This document shows, one piece after another, positions 13,606 to 26,265 of a DNA stretch of 64,000 bases. Every line of letters begins with the position of its first letter. Position 1 is the first letter of the stretch. This DNA comes from Takakia lepidozioides. Lineage: Eukaryota > Plantae > Bryophyta. The stretch is from positions 17,608,001 to 17,672,000 of the forward strand of contig CM060732.1 in the NCBI GenBank assembly GCA_030704615.1, read 5' to 3'. Made by a program: the position numbers and the translations under genes. The notes beneath the pieces were generated by a model. It was not told the origin of the DNA. It did not search any database and saw nothing but the letters and a program-made list of their open reading frames with translations.

Positions 13606-15075
13606 GGGTTGCTATTTCATGAGCGGCATGAGCATGAGCGGAAAAAAAAAGCATGAGCGGACCATTGTGTGTCCACGGGAAATAGGGTTAGGAGGCACGG
13701 AACTAAGGTCATATGAAGTTGGAATTTGGCCACCAGTGGACTCGTCATAGCAATGAAATGCAACATTTTTATTGCAAATTTTGTGGCAAGCCACATCTAT
13801 ACAAGTGTGTCGTAACTGTCATAGCCCCTGCATGGGTAGATGGTCAACTGGAAGCCGCAGCAGCAGCGGCACAATTGATCAATGCAATAGATTGATAACT
13901 TACACTCTGGCCCTCTGTTCGCAACCCCTGCGTATTGATGCAGAACCATTTTTTGAGGAGGACCGGGGTGACACTTTTCGGTGTCCACCTTGCCACAACA
14001 TTGTCTGTGGTCTTCCCTCTTGTGGCAAGGACCACCATACATCCACCGTCATCCAGGAGCATCCCCCCAGCCCAACTCGCTCTCCACTCCCGTATCCTCA
14101 GTAAACCTGTTCCAGGTGGGCACACCATCCAGGCCCTCCAGCAGCTCCCCATCTGGAATATCGAGGGAATCATTATCGCAGCTCTCTCTCTCCACCTCAA
14201 CCCCACCCCGAGTGCTCTTGCAATCTGTGCTCACAGCTGTGAAGAATTCCATCAGGATCGAAACCAGGGGTGTCTTAGGCTCTGTACTGGGAGCCCTCTT
14301 CTTGGCTTTTCCCTTCTGCTCCTCCACAGACTTGCTGTGTGCCACCTTCTTCGCCCTGGCAGCCAGAGCGTCAAGGAATCTCTCATTGACACATGGGATG
14401 ATGGTTGGGGTTCTAGCTTTGGCCTCTTCGGAAAGGTCACCCGCCATACCGCCGTGTAGGCTCGCCCTCAATGCCAACTTCTTGGCAGAGCCAGTCCAGA
14501 CCAAACTGACTTGGGAACACGGACGACGGTGACTTGGTAGCAAGCAGCAGCAGTCGCAGGACCTTGCCAAAGTCGTCGTCGGAGTCACTCCCTTGGGGCC
14601 CCTCCTGCGCCTCCTCTGTGCCCCCGGTGTTTTTCTGTTTTTTGGGGGTACTGTACTCCCCTGTTTCCGTGTCCTTTTCTTTTGTCCTTTATTCTTCTCA
14701 TTCAATTTCTCTTGAATACCTGCCTGAGACAAGCTCTACACTTTCCTGGACTGGGCAAGCGCTCTCGCCTCCTTTGGACCAGCAGAGGCAGCGGAGCCCG
14801 GTTTCGTCGAGCCTCAGCTCCAGCTTCAATTGAAACTTGGATGGGTCGAGCGAGCGGCGCGAAGGTCCACATACCAAGGGCCGTCGCGCAATGTTTCTAG
14901 ATGCCACTCCTTCACGATAACGTCAGTGTACATGGAGTCAGCCCCAGGGTTCCTCCATGCGAGGGAGAATGACGGCTCGAAGGACAGATTTCCTTTCTCA
15001 AAAGGGAGAACTTGCAGGTACCTGCATTCAAGAAACACACAGAATGAGGTCCCGGGAACGAGGTAAATTTTAGGG
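13606..15075 (-). mobile_element. Unclassified GC-rich insertion with degenerate coding-like sequence
   Basis: Abrupt compositional change inside the family B leader; fragmented ORFs with no recognisable domain; abuts the palindromic array. Confidence 0.35.
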
Positions 15076-15634
15076 AATGAAAATGACTAGGCCCGGAACT
15101 GGAATTCGGCGCCATTTTTCCATATTGGGGCCGAAAATGGCTAAGTCCCCAGAACTGACTGGGCCCAGAACTGGAAAAATGGCGCCGATTTCCGGTTTCG
15201 GTGCCTGCCACACTAGGTGCCCTGCACTGGAAACCGGCGCCATGGCTCCCAGGTTGGGCCGAATATGGCCTAAGTCCCAGAACATCACTATGGGCCCGGA
15301 ACTGGACAAATGGCGCCGAATCTCCTGTTTTGGTGCCTGCCTCTAAAGGGACTTAGCCATTTTGGGGCCGTTCACTGGAAATTCGGCGCCATTTTCCCTG
15401 GTTGGGCCCGAAAATGGCTAAGTCCCCGAACTGATTGGGCCCGGAACTGGAAAAATGGCGCCAAATTTCCGGTTTCGGTGCCTGCCACTGTAGGGACTTA
15501 GCCATTTTCGGGGCCCTGCCACTGGATATTCGGCGCCATTTTCCCAGGTTGGGCCGAAAATGGCTAAGTCCCAGAACTGACTGGCCCGGAACTGGAAAAA
15601 TGGCACCGAATTTCCGGTTTCCGGGGCTGCCACT
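15076..15634. repeat. About 145-bp tandem array with internal inverted repeats
   Basis: Recurring GGCCCGGAACTGG, AAAATGGCGCC/GGCGCCATTTT and GGGACTTAGCCATTTT/AAAATGGCTAAGTCCC. Confidence 0.85.
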
Positions 15635-16589
15635 TGTTAGAGGACTGTCTGGGACTTAGACCTTATACGGGATCTATAGGGTACCCTTATTTTTGCACAG
15701 ACTGAGACCAACAGGAGCCCTAGGTGACAGCAGCGCACTTTAGAAGGGGGTTACACACCCTCACACCCCAGCCAACACACCCGACACAAAGCCCATCACA
15801 GCCAACCCCAAACAACAAAACAGCCCGTCACAGCCGACACAAACACAGCCACAACAGCCAGCACAGCCTCGACACAGCAAACACAGTCGCACAGCCAGTC
15901 ACAGCCCGACACAGCGGTCACAACCCGTCACAGTTCACACAGCCAGTCACAACTTGACACAGCTGTCATGACCATAGGGAAAGGATAGCCGGACAGGGAC
16001 GACTGTGGGAACAACACCTTTAAAATGGACCATGTTAGTTCCACGGACGACGGTTAGTGAGGGAAGCGGTTAGAACAACGGGTAGAAGATAAAACGAGGA
16101 GCAAGCACTTCACGGGGGGCACTTCTTGGTCATGCATGGAGGGATCGGGCGGAGAGCAAGAACGGACAAAGATGGGGAGCACGGTGAAGGAGGAGAGTGA
16201 TTAGTAGATGCTTGTTATATGCAAAGCTGTAGTGATATTGTAGAGCAGATTAGAGACACAATGGCTTCGGCCTGATACCTGATAAATCATAATTTTTGAT
16301 ACTTATACGATACAATCACACTGTTAGAGAATCTAGTGAAGCTGTGATATGAATGGATGAGTTGATGGAATCCGATAGATTGATGAAGCAAACTGATACT
16401 TAATATCAATAGTAAGGTAGCTAACATGAATGCGGAAAGGAAAACAAATAGAAACACCCCCATGATACACTAGCTGTAGGTCAGGACTGATTGTTTCTGA
16501 GCGGGCTGAGTACTTTCAGATTTCCAACTCTCTATCTTGGAGTTTTCCGCCTCGGATAGCGAAGGATGGGGGAGTAAAATCTCGCGACA
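15635..16589 (+). repeat. 5' LTR, family A
   Basis: TGTTAGAGG...GCGACA; PBS TGGCGACCATACTGGGG at 16592; matches 18982-20032. Confidence 0.9.
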
Positions 16590-17479
16590 TTTGGCGACCA
16601 TACTGGGGAACTGAGTCATAACAACAAGATGTGACAGGCATCTGGTGGGGATCATGGTGGTTTGGACCTTAAAGAATTTGAAGGAATCAATTCCCTGTGG
16701 AACGAAGAAAGAAGATTGTCCAAACATTTCTTTCAAAGTTCTTGGAATTGCCAGACGGTTGTAAAAAAATTTCTTAAGCGAGTGCATGATGCCTGATCCG
16801 GATGGGGTCTGAGAAAGGAGTGATAAGATTTATCAAGTCGCCTGTAGGGAAAGCACGTTGGGTTTACCACATTGGTTTATGTGATAGCATTGCTATCCAT
16901 TAAGGCGGTAGATTTGAAGGCTGGAGAAGAAGGTAATGTTTATACTCAGCTTACGCATGAGAGCTTGTACTGGTACAGAATTGGATTCCAAAGGATATTT
17001 TTGATCAAACTCCCACCAAGAACAGCTTTTTCAGACTTTTGTTTGCCATATGGTTTATATGGTAAGGAACTTCAAGTATAACCAAGGGTGCATTAATCTT
17101 GAAAGAAACCCAGGCATATACGAGAGATATTACAGGAAAGAGAGTTTTGGTTATTGCCCACTTAAAAAGAAATGAAAACATGGGACATGAGTGATGAAGA
17201 GAAAGATAGACGCCGGAGATATTCATTAAAAAGAGAAAGCTATCTGAAAGCTAATATCCATATCTTTGGGAGAGAGAATAGACATAGGTGAATCATCTGG
17301 ACCTCTCACACCAGTAGAATCAAAGATACATCACCCAGATACCGGAAAAACTAGAGTTGGATGCCACTCCTTCTGTTTTCTTTGCAAGAAGATTAAGGGA
17401 AATTGGTACGGAAGAAGATCAATCACGAGGTGAAAAGATCCGAGGTACATCCCTGGAATAAAAGACTTTGACAGAAATC

Positions 17480-17979
17480 NNNNNNNNNNNNNNNNNNNNN
17501 NNNNNNNNNNNNNNNNNNNNNNNNNNNNNNNNNNNNNNNNNNNNNNNNNNNNNNNNNNNNNNNNNNNNNNNNNNNNNNNNNNNNNNNNNNNNNNNNNNNN
17601 NNNNNNNNNNNNNNNNNNNNNNNNNNNNNNNNNNNNNNNNNNNNNNNNNNNNNNNNNNNNNNNNNNNNNNNNNNNNNNNNNNNNNNNNNNNNNNNNNNNN
17701 NNNNNNNNNNNNNNNNNNNNNNNNNNNNNNNNNNNNNNNNNNNNNNNNNNNNNNNNNNNNNNNNNNNNNNNNNNNNNNNNNNNNNNNNNNNNNNNNNNNN
17801 NNNNNNNNNNNNNNNNNNNNNNNNNNNNNNNNNNNNNNNNNNNNNNNNNNNNNNNNNNNNNNNNNNNNNNNNNNNNNNNNNNNNNNNNNNNNNNNNNNNN
17901 NNNNNNNNNNNNNNNNNNNNNNNNNNNNNNNNNNNNNNNNNNNNNNNNNNNNNNNNNNNNNNNNNNNNNNNNNNNNNNN
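17480..17979. other. Assembly gap (500 N)
   Basis: Run of N. Confidence 1.
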
Positions 17980-18945
17980 AAAACTCCAGCTGCAAGGGGT
18001 ACAGTAGGGCTATGATTATGCCCTTCAACCAAATTCCCTCATGTTGGATTGGCTTGGACAGAAATTTAGTCTCCGCAGTCATTCGCACATTACTACCAAA
18101 TCATGCGCATTTGGCTGTAAGTGGGACAACTAGGACTAAAGTTCTTCGAACAATCGACCAATTGAGGGAATTAACGAGGGGCAGATACATGTTGAGGGAA
18201 TTAATTTGTTTTCCAGGTTAGTACATGGACTCATTTATACCAAGACCAAGGAGGTAGCAAGTATTGTCATGGGATGCGGGTTATACTACGCACTTGTTTT
18301 CCTGTACGTTATCACATGGGAGAAAACAAAAGATGCAAGCACGTTTTCTGAGTTATCCAGTGGGGATCAATGGGTATTACCTTCGGTGCCACCCATATGT
18401 ACTTATATGACGCAAAAGTTATGATGCCAAAAGGATTCTCAAATTCGTTCATGGTTTCAAGCGGCCTGGAACAATTGTCAACACAGAAATTCGGCATATT
18501 GATGATATTTCTATAAGGGACAGGTGGCAATGGAAATATTGCACGCGGCACCAGTAATTGGAACCCACTCACCTGGACAGACAAGGAGCTCAGTGTCTAC
18601 ACCAATTTTGCTGTTCAACGGTTACACCAAGTTGTAAAATATAAACTTCCAGACATGGTAGGACAGCATTGTATGCCCCAGAGGATTCCACAAAAAGTTC
18701 AGAAATTAAAACACCTGAGAGGCAATGAGGATTCTGATACAACGTTTCTTCACCGAATTCTTTTGACATGGGAGAAGACTATGCAATTCAGATGGGAGAG
18801 AAGAAGCGACGGGGGTCTCCTATGCCTGAACGGTTACCTCGATATCAGCCTCCAGAGGGCCTCACTTATCCAGACAGTCCGCCACGAAATTCTCAACGTC
18901 AGAAAGGTGCTCACTCACAAACGTTTGCTAATCGCAATCAGTTAA
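17980..18945 (+). pseudogene. Extra ORF2 C-terminal part (family A copy, indel-rich)
   Basis: Near-identical to 43385-44200 and homologous to 2998-4050; followed by PPT AAGAAGGGAAGGGG (about 18965-18978). Confidence 0.8.
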
Positions 18946-18981
18946 TCGTGAGGACACGGTTTTTAAGAAGGGAAGGGGTAA

Positions 18982-20032
18982 TGTTAGAGGACTGTCTGGG
19001 ACTAAGACACTTATACGGGATCTATAGGGTACCCTTAATTTTTGCACAGACTGAGACCAACAGGAGCCTTAGGGGTGACAGCAGCGCACTGTAGAGGGGG
19101 GTTACACAGCCGTCACAGTCGACACAGCAGTCACAGCCGACACAGCCAACACAGCCCGTCACAGTCGACACAGTCGACACAACAGTCACAGCCCGTCACA
19201 GCCAACACAGCCCGTCACAGTCGTCACAGCAGACACAGCCACACAGCCAGTCACAGCCCGACACAGCCAAACACAGTCGCACAGCCAGTCACAGCCCGAC
19301 ACAGCCAAACACAGCCGCACAGCCAGTCACAGCCCGTCACAGTTTCACACAGCCAGTCACAGCTTGACACAGCTGTCACGACCATAGGGAACGGAGAGCA
19401 GGACAGGGAACGACTGTGGGGAACAACACCTACAAATGGAACATGTTAGTTCACGGACGACGGTTAGTGAGGGAAACGGTTAGAGCCACGGGTAGGAAGA
19501 TAAAGCGAGAAGCAAGGACTGAGAAGGGGCCTTTTTTGGGGGGATGATTTTGGAAGCACTTCACGGGAGAGGACTTCTTGGTCATGGAGGAGAGGGGATC
19601 GGGCAGAGATGAAGAACGGAAGCGAAGATGGAGAGATGAGGAGTAGATACTTGTTATATGCAAAGTTGTAGTGATATTGTAGAGCAGATTAGAGACACAA
19701 TGGCTTCGGCCTGATACCTGATAAATCATAATCGGATACTTATACGATACAATCACACTGTGTAGAGAGATCTGAGTGAAGCTGTGGAATGAATGGATGA
19801 GTTGATGGAATCCAATAGATTGATAAAGCAAACTGATATTTAACTATCAATGGTAAGATAGCTAACATGAATGCCAAAAAGGAAACAAATAGGAAACACC
19901 CCCATGATACACTAGCTGTAGGTCATGACTGATTGTTCTGCGCGGGCTGAGTACTTAGAGATTTCCAACTCTTCTATCTTGGAGTTTCTGCCTCGGATAG
20001 CAAAGGGATGGGTGAGTAAAAGCCGAGCGACA
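18982..20032 (+). repeat. 3' LTR, family A
   Basis: TGTTAGAGG...GCGACA after the PPT; contains a 10-bp-period ACAGCC/GTC microrepeat. Confidence 0.9.
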
Positions 20033-20486
20033 GATACCCACACTACGAAACGGAATTCATGAACGATGGGGTTTAGAGGAATCTCTACGAGTTAGGGAAT
20101 ATGAGTTATTTCATCTGGAAGAAGTTCGGGTAGACGCCGTAGATAACATGGCACGAATTCAAGAACAACGAAGAAAAAGAATATCCGAAGGGAAAGAAAA
20201 ATCTTTCTAGGACGGGGAAATTGTTTTATGGTTACCAAAAATCAAGAAGATCAAATTGGGAGGAAAATTGAAAATGCCATGGATGGGACCATTTCAAATA
20301 AAAAAGGTACATGACGATGGAACTGTTGATTTGCAGACCTTGGAACAAGAATTCGTGGGACGAATTAATATTAACAAGTTAAAAGGCTACAAAGGGATAC
20401 ATGACAGAGCCCTTATACATGACTTATACGCCAATGAGGAAGACCAAACCGCAGATGAGGACCGTGAAACTGCCAGTGCATACTAA
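20033..20486 (+). pseudogene. Gypsy integrase C-terminal fragment (GPY/F region), probably family B
   Basis: KLKMPWMGPFQIKKV...GRININKLKGYKGIHD, homologous to 8135-8557. Confidence 0.85.
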
Positions 20487-21327
20487 ATTCATCACGACAC
20501 GGTGAATCGGCATGTACTAAGACAGGTGGCAATACGAGTTCAGGTCACCACTACGGCTAGATCCACCATTCATTTGGAGGACAACATTACCACCCCGTAT
20601 ACCGTATGGTAAACCGTGGCCAGCACATATGCCCTACAGAACCGTGAACGAATACGAAGCAGTCAACGAGTCACTGCTTGTGTTAAACTCCGAGATGTAC
20701 GCTCCAGATTACCCCACCAACCGTGGTAGTCATACACCACTAACCATTGATCATAACACGGAGGAAGAATGACGGCGCAATCCAACGGATTGCCAAAAGA
20801 CGGTGGATGATAAGGGCAAAACCATTAAACCAATCTGCAAGTACTGCGCACACGCCGCTCATCTAAAAACAGACCACATACCAAAATGGAGGAACACATC
20901 CAAGATGGATGAACGTCAACTGACCGAAATCGGACAATCATCAACAACCATCAGTCCAATCCAAGACAAACCACGAAGAAAACACCAACGGAAGAAAATC
21001 AGACACATCCAAAAAAAGGATGAGGTTTACTCAAAACCGTTACCAGAAGCTAAATGCTTCTTGGTAAGCCCGGGCCCAGCAATTAAAGCTAACTGCGCTT
21101 TAAACCTAGGCGGATAGCAGGACAAAATTACCTCCACGAGAACCTCGAGAGAAGTTAGAGAAGAAGCCTACAGAGGAGAACCCCTACTTACACCCAGAAA
21201 CGAACCCCACACCTTCTCTTCCGCAAACTGGAAATTGTCATCTACACAACTTCCAGTGTGCTTCATACTGCTCTTGATACAGGAATTGGTGCTCCAATTC
21301 CTTACAGCAACAACAAAACTAAGGGAA

Positions 21328-23614
21328 ATGGCAGGCACCAAGTGGAAGACACCAAGTTCTTATGCGCAAGTGAATTTCAAAATCAGCCCGGCGTTGCGGA
21401 AAATCGAGCAGGACACAGAGACACAGGAGACGTTGGATAGTCTTGGCCTGCGATACTTCATCACCACGCTGGACCGGAACCTTAAGCACGATGAGCTGTG
21501 TAGGGAGTTCTTGGAGAATTACAACACCAGCACTCGAAGCACAAATGTCCGTGACACACAGATTCTATTGATGGAAAAGTACTTGGCGGAAGTGTTTCAC
21601 CTTTCCAGTTTGGATGTACCGGCGCACAGCGGCAAACCTCCAAGGTTTGTACTTGCGGACCTGTTTGAGAATCTCAACCAAGCCGATCAGGGCTATACAT
21701 GCAGTCACAGCAAAAACCCCGGCTTTAAGAAGATGCCCCGGTACTCAGCACGTTGCTTTGCCTTAGGCAAAACCACAGCTATTGCACCAAGGAGCTAATC
21801 GATCAAGTGTTGATTTGCCTCAATAGGCAAATCGTGAGTTGGGCAAGCTTCTTATTGAAGAAGATAACCTAAGAATTGACCCGATTGACAAAGAAGAAGA
21901 AGGAAGCGAGTGTTACCATGGCTACTCCCTTGTTACTCCAAATGATTTGACACACTGTACACTTGACACCCGAAGAGCAAACGACATTGGGAATCATGCA
22001 GCGGGTAGAAACGATTGAGGAAGAAGGAAGCGACACGGTAGTAGGTCAAGAGGAACAAGAGGGCGGACTTGCAAAGAGAGCCCGGATCAACGAAACAACC
22101 ACAAGTGCAGTAGCAGAGAACATCTTCAGCTTGACGGCTGATTCCACACTCCAGAGAGAAAGAGAGAATCAATAGCCAGAAGGAGGGAACCAACCGCAGA
22201 CCAATGAAGCAACACCCATGGAAATTAGCCATGTTGACACCGAAATCCAGCAAACAACACCTACAGAGGCCACACAACCAGGAACAGAGGAGGGAGCCAT
22301 AGTGGTGCAGCAATAGCAGGTGGTGCAAGAGGCACAAAGTCAGCAACAGCAGGACAATAATTCCAATTTGGAATTACTACTCTCACAGTAGGTTCTGGAT
22401 ACAACAACATGGGACACAGGTTTGGAAGAAACGCCACAGAATGTAATTATGCAGGCAATACAAGCATTGGGTCAAGTAACGGCTTGCATGGACAGGGCCA
22501 AGGATTACATAAGCCCGGAGAACCTTAGCATGATCTTAGACCATATCAAAGAAAACATCAGAGGGAATTGGCGACAACAAGAACAGTGTGTAACCACGAG
22601 GTTACAATCGCATCATTGGAAGATCAACAGACGACCTTATTTCGCCAATACAACACTTTGATACAACGCAGAGACGAGTGGGAACAGGAGTGGGAACATA
22701 AGTGACAAAGACAGAGGGACAAAACACGCAATGTCCAAGCCGACCTCGATGCAGAAAGAGAGCGATCTCGGAAAACAGAGACAGAGGTGGAAACGCTCAC
22801 AGGACAGGTGCAGACACTTAAGGAGCAGGTGGATACACTCAAGGAGCAGCTGAAGACTGCCAAAGACCAGGGAAGAAAGTGGCTCTCATGCAACACTGTA
22901 CTGCTGAGGGAAAGGGAAAATGCTGAAAGCAGGCTGTTCACAGCCACCACAGAAAGGGACATTGTCATAGGCAATGAACAAGAATGGAAACAGTAGCTGG
23001 AGAAGCTGACACTACAAGTAGGGTTGGATGCAGCAGACGCAGCCTTGGCCCGAGCATGGTTGAGTGAAGGGAGTGAACTGGAAATGAAGAAACTCAATAG
23101 GGCAATGGTAAGACAAATGAAATGTCAATTGGCGAAGTTGGTGACAGACATTCACGAGGAATTCCTACCACCAATTCCAGAACAAGATGAGCTCATGGAC
23201 GAAGACGACCAAGAGGAGAAAGACCATGAACAAGAAGCACCAATACAATCAACAACAACAACACCAGCACAAACACCACTAACAACACAACCACCACAAA
23301 GTCAACAGGCACTAGTAGAGGCCACAACAAGGCCATCTACTCAGGAGGTAAACCCCGTACCATTACCAAGTGTTCTGGTGGCATCATCTTCAGTAGCAGT
23401 GGATGATTTCCAAATCATGCCATGCAAGCAGGATGGGGAGTGGCTAAAGTATTCAGAGGAATACTTTAAAAATGATGATAGTCCCAGCCCACCAAATCCC
23501 AGAAATACTATAAAAAGTATTCAAAACCTTAACCCTCTGCAGGTCATTGGGTCAATTGCATCTACTCAATCAAACTCTCATACCTTTGAGATACAGGATG
23601 AGGCCACTGGCTAG
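21328..23614 (+). pseudogene. Extra ORF1 homolog (family B), fragmented
   Basis: LCREFLENYN...NVRDTQILLMEKYLAEVFHL resembles the 5508-7010 product; later coiled-coil and Q/E/T-rich segments. Confidence 0.6.
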
Positions 23615-23779
23615 GGAGGAGACATGGTCAGGGGCAGAATTGGTTGAATTCTGGTCGCTTACATGTGGGCAGTGGGGCAATTGAAGATTAATCCTATCCC
23701 GGCAGTAGACGTTGTAATGGGCTGCCCAAGTTTTTATATTGGCAGTTACTTGTACCGGATGTTCGTGACAATGAGGGGA

Positions 23780-24604
23780 AGCTGGCACTACGCCATGTTG
23801 CTCAGTTGGTACAGCAGTACCCTGATTTGTTGTCAGTGTCTGCAGTTCATGGATACCAACAAGCCTTGCCAGCAGACATTTCGTTGTTGGGGGCACAGGA
23901 TTTGGAGCAGGTTGGCTCCATTGATCTGGTAGTGGCAGGTTGCCCCTGCCAAGGGCATTCATCAGCCGGGCATGGCAATGGATTGCGAGACTCAAGGACG
24001 GGTCTGTTTTGGGAGATGGTGCGGGTTTTGCGCCACTTGCAACTTCATCAAGCTGTATCTCCAGCATACATCTTGGAGAATGTGCCACCGATAGGTGATT
24101 CTCGGGCCAGGGTGATGGCCAGTGTGTATCAAGTCCGATCGTGGCTTGGGTCATCAGTGTTGTTGGATGCAGCTGTAGTGGGGTCACGGGCTCATCGTCC
24201 ACGGCTATGGTAGGACTAACTTGATGCCACCCGCACTGCTCAAGCGTGCATTTGATGGGGTGCAGCTGCCAGCACACCTCACAGTGGTTAGCATTTTGGA
24301 CACAGGGAGACAGTCTCAACGTGTGAGACACGATGACCGTTCGCCTTTGGCAGTGGTCAACAGGGTGGGTCAACCACGAGCAGCATTACCTACACTGCTC
24401 AGCTTCCCAGGATCCCATGTTTTTCGGGATGGTGGGCCTGGCCTCTTGTGGGATAGCCAGCTGCAACAATTAGTGGAGCCCAATGCTGACAAGCGCGAGC
24501 AGGCGATGGGTTTTACCACTGGTACCACGGCGGTGCCATCTCTTTCTGAGGCATCACGTCGTCAGGTGTTGGGGCAAGCAATGGATCTCAATTGCTTGAC
24601 CTGA
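23780..24604 (+). pseudogene. C5-cytosine DNA methyltransferase domain (motifs IV, VI, VIII, IX, X; motif I missing) in a retrotransposon pol
   Basis: DLVVAGCPCQGHSSAG, GLRDSRTGLFWEMVRVL, YILENV, GSRAHRPRLW(W)TNL, EQAMGF..GTT, RRQVLGQAM; 1-bp insertion at about 24212; TGA at 24602. Confidence 0.9.
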
Positions 24605-25930
24605 ATTATCAGCTTGGCTATGGCTGAGCAGCGCAGAGTACGGAATACACTTCCCTTCATGGTCTCCCTACCTACAAAGACGGTACAGGCAACAAGTGGG
24701 GGCGAGCAGGTGAGGACCACGAGGTGCAGGCCGCATCCATGGCACACGTGGGAGGTGCTCGAGGTTCAGAATGAGTTGGCAGCCAAGGCGGCGGTGATGG
24801 ATCAGGTTGGGGATTTTTCTCGGGTTGAGGAGGTCCTCAAGGATGGGATGATGGGGCAGGGTGAGACATTGTCACTAATAGAGGAGGCAGTGGTCACTGC
24901 TCAAGAGGTTGCAGCATAGCAACCACGGGACGCGTCTTCTACCTTTAAGCCTATTGGACTCAAGGTTGCAGTCACGGAGGACAACTGGGAGCCTCATGTT
25001 GGACCTATAGTCACCAGAGAAGAGGGACGACGTATACGGCAGTTCTTGAGGGCTTACAGGAACTGCTTTGCCTTCAGTTTGAAGGACTTAGGAGCACTGA
25101 AGGGTCAAGAGATTCGCATTGAATTGGCTACTGACACGCCAATCTTTCGGAGACCCTATAGGTACAGTGACATGGAGAGATCTTTGATTCAGATGAGAAC
25201 TCGGGACCTTTGGGAGGCTGGTTTGGTGGAGCTATCTGGGGGAGAGTATGCTTCAGCCACAGTGATGCCAGCCAAGAAGGATGTCTATGGCAATTGGACG
25301 GAGAGACGTATGTGCGGTGATTACCGGCCTGTAAATCGTCAGACCAAGTCCGATAGGTATGCTATGCCGACACCAGAGGAGATCTTTGATGCCATTGGGC
25401 ATGCCAAGGTCTTTAGCACTTTGGATTTACGATCCGAATATCACCAGTTGTCGATCAAGGAGGCGGATAAGCAGAAGACGGCATTCTGGGGGATCAATGA
25501 GCACGGGAAGGGTTGCCTATACCAGTGGCGGTTCTTACCATTTGGGCTTAAAAATGCTTCTGCAGAGTTTCAAAGAGTCATGGACAGGATTCTAGCAGGG
25601 GTGGAGTTTGCTCGGTGCTACATAGATGACATCATCATCTTTAGTGCTACGGTGGAGGAGCATGAGAGACACCTCCAGGTGGTATTTGAGCGCTTGAGGG
25701 CGCACGGATTGAAATTACATCCGGGGAAGTGCAAGTTTTTCCACAACCAGATTGAGTATCTGGGTCATATGATATATCCTGGAGGATTGGGGGTACAGCA
25801 GACTAAGGTAGAGGCCATTGCACAGATCCCACGCCCCACGAATGTAAGCCGAGTTCGAGCTTTCATGGGGTTGGCAAACTATTATAGACGGTTTGTCAAG
25901 GGATTTAGTGCCATTGCAAAGGCTCTAACC
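24605..25930 (+). pseudogene. Linker plus Ty3/Gypsy reverse transcriptase, in frame with the methyltransferase; truncated before RNase H
   Basis: RMCGDYRPVN, FSTLDLRS.YHQ, LPFGLKNA, YIDD, FMGLANYYRRFV; ORFs 24221, 24614 and 25046 share one frame. Confidence 0.93.
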
Positions 25931-26004
25931 AAGCGGCAGCTGCAAGGTTGCAAGAGTTGCCAATTAGGCCAGCCATTGAGCGCAGCATGGTGACTCCTGG
26001 TTCA

Positions 26005-26265
26005 TTTTACTATACCTCTATTGAGGTATCACCATATGTGAACCCTAATCAGCTCATACTATACCTCTGTTAGTATACCAAACAGGAGCTTGTCCCTTTT
26101 ACTATACCTCTGTTGAGGTATCACCATATGTGGACCCTAATCAGCTCAGACTATACCTCTGTTAGTATACCAAACAGAACCCTCATTTTCAGACTATACC
26201 TCTGTAAAGGTATAATCAACATAAGGGACCCTAGCAACCTCAGACTATACCTCTGTTAAGGTATC
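26005..26265. repeat. Tandem repeats of ACTATACCTCT with small hairpins
   Basis: Six CTATACCTCT cores at about 40-50 bp spacing; several followed by AGGTAT. Confidence 0.8.

Noticed and set aside
13713-13895. BED zinc finger/hAT transposase (FYCKFCGKPH)
   Set aside because: Isolated CxxC on the strand opposite the longer ORFs, with no hAT catalytic motifs
17331-18088. Long ORFs in the ORF track spanning X runs
   Set aside because: Artefacts of the 500-N gap
23780-25930. Host DRM/DNMT3/CMT gene or bacterial contamination
   Set aside because: Intronless, lacks host accessory domains, is in frame with Gypsy RT and is embedded in plant LTR sequence
26005-26265. CRISPR-like repeat/spacer appearance (also 47375-48485 and 15076-15634)
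   Set aside because: The spacers are themselves repeated or degenerate, there are no cas genes, and the context is eukaryotic
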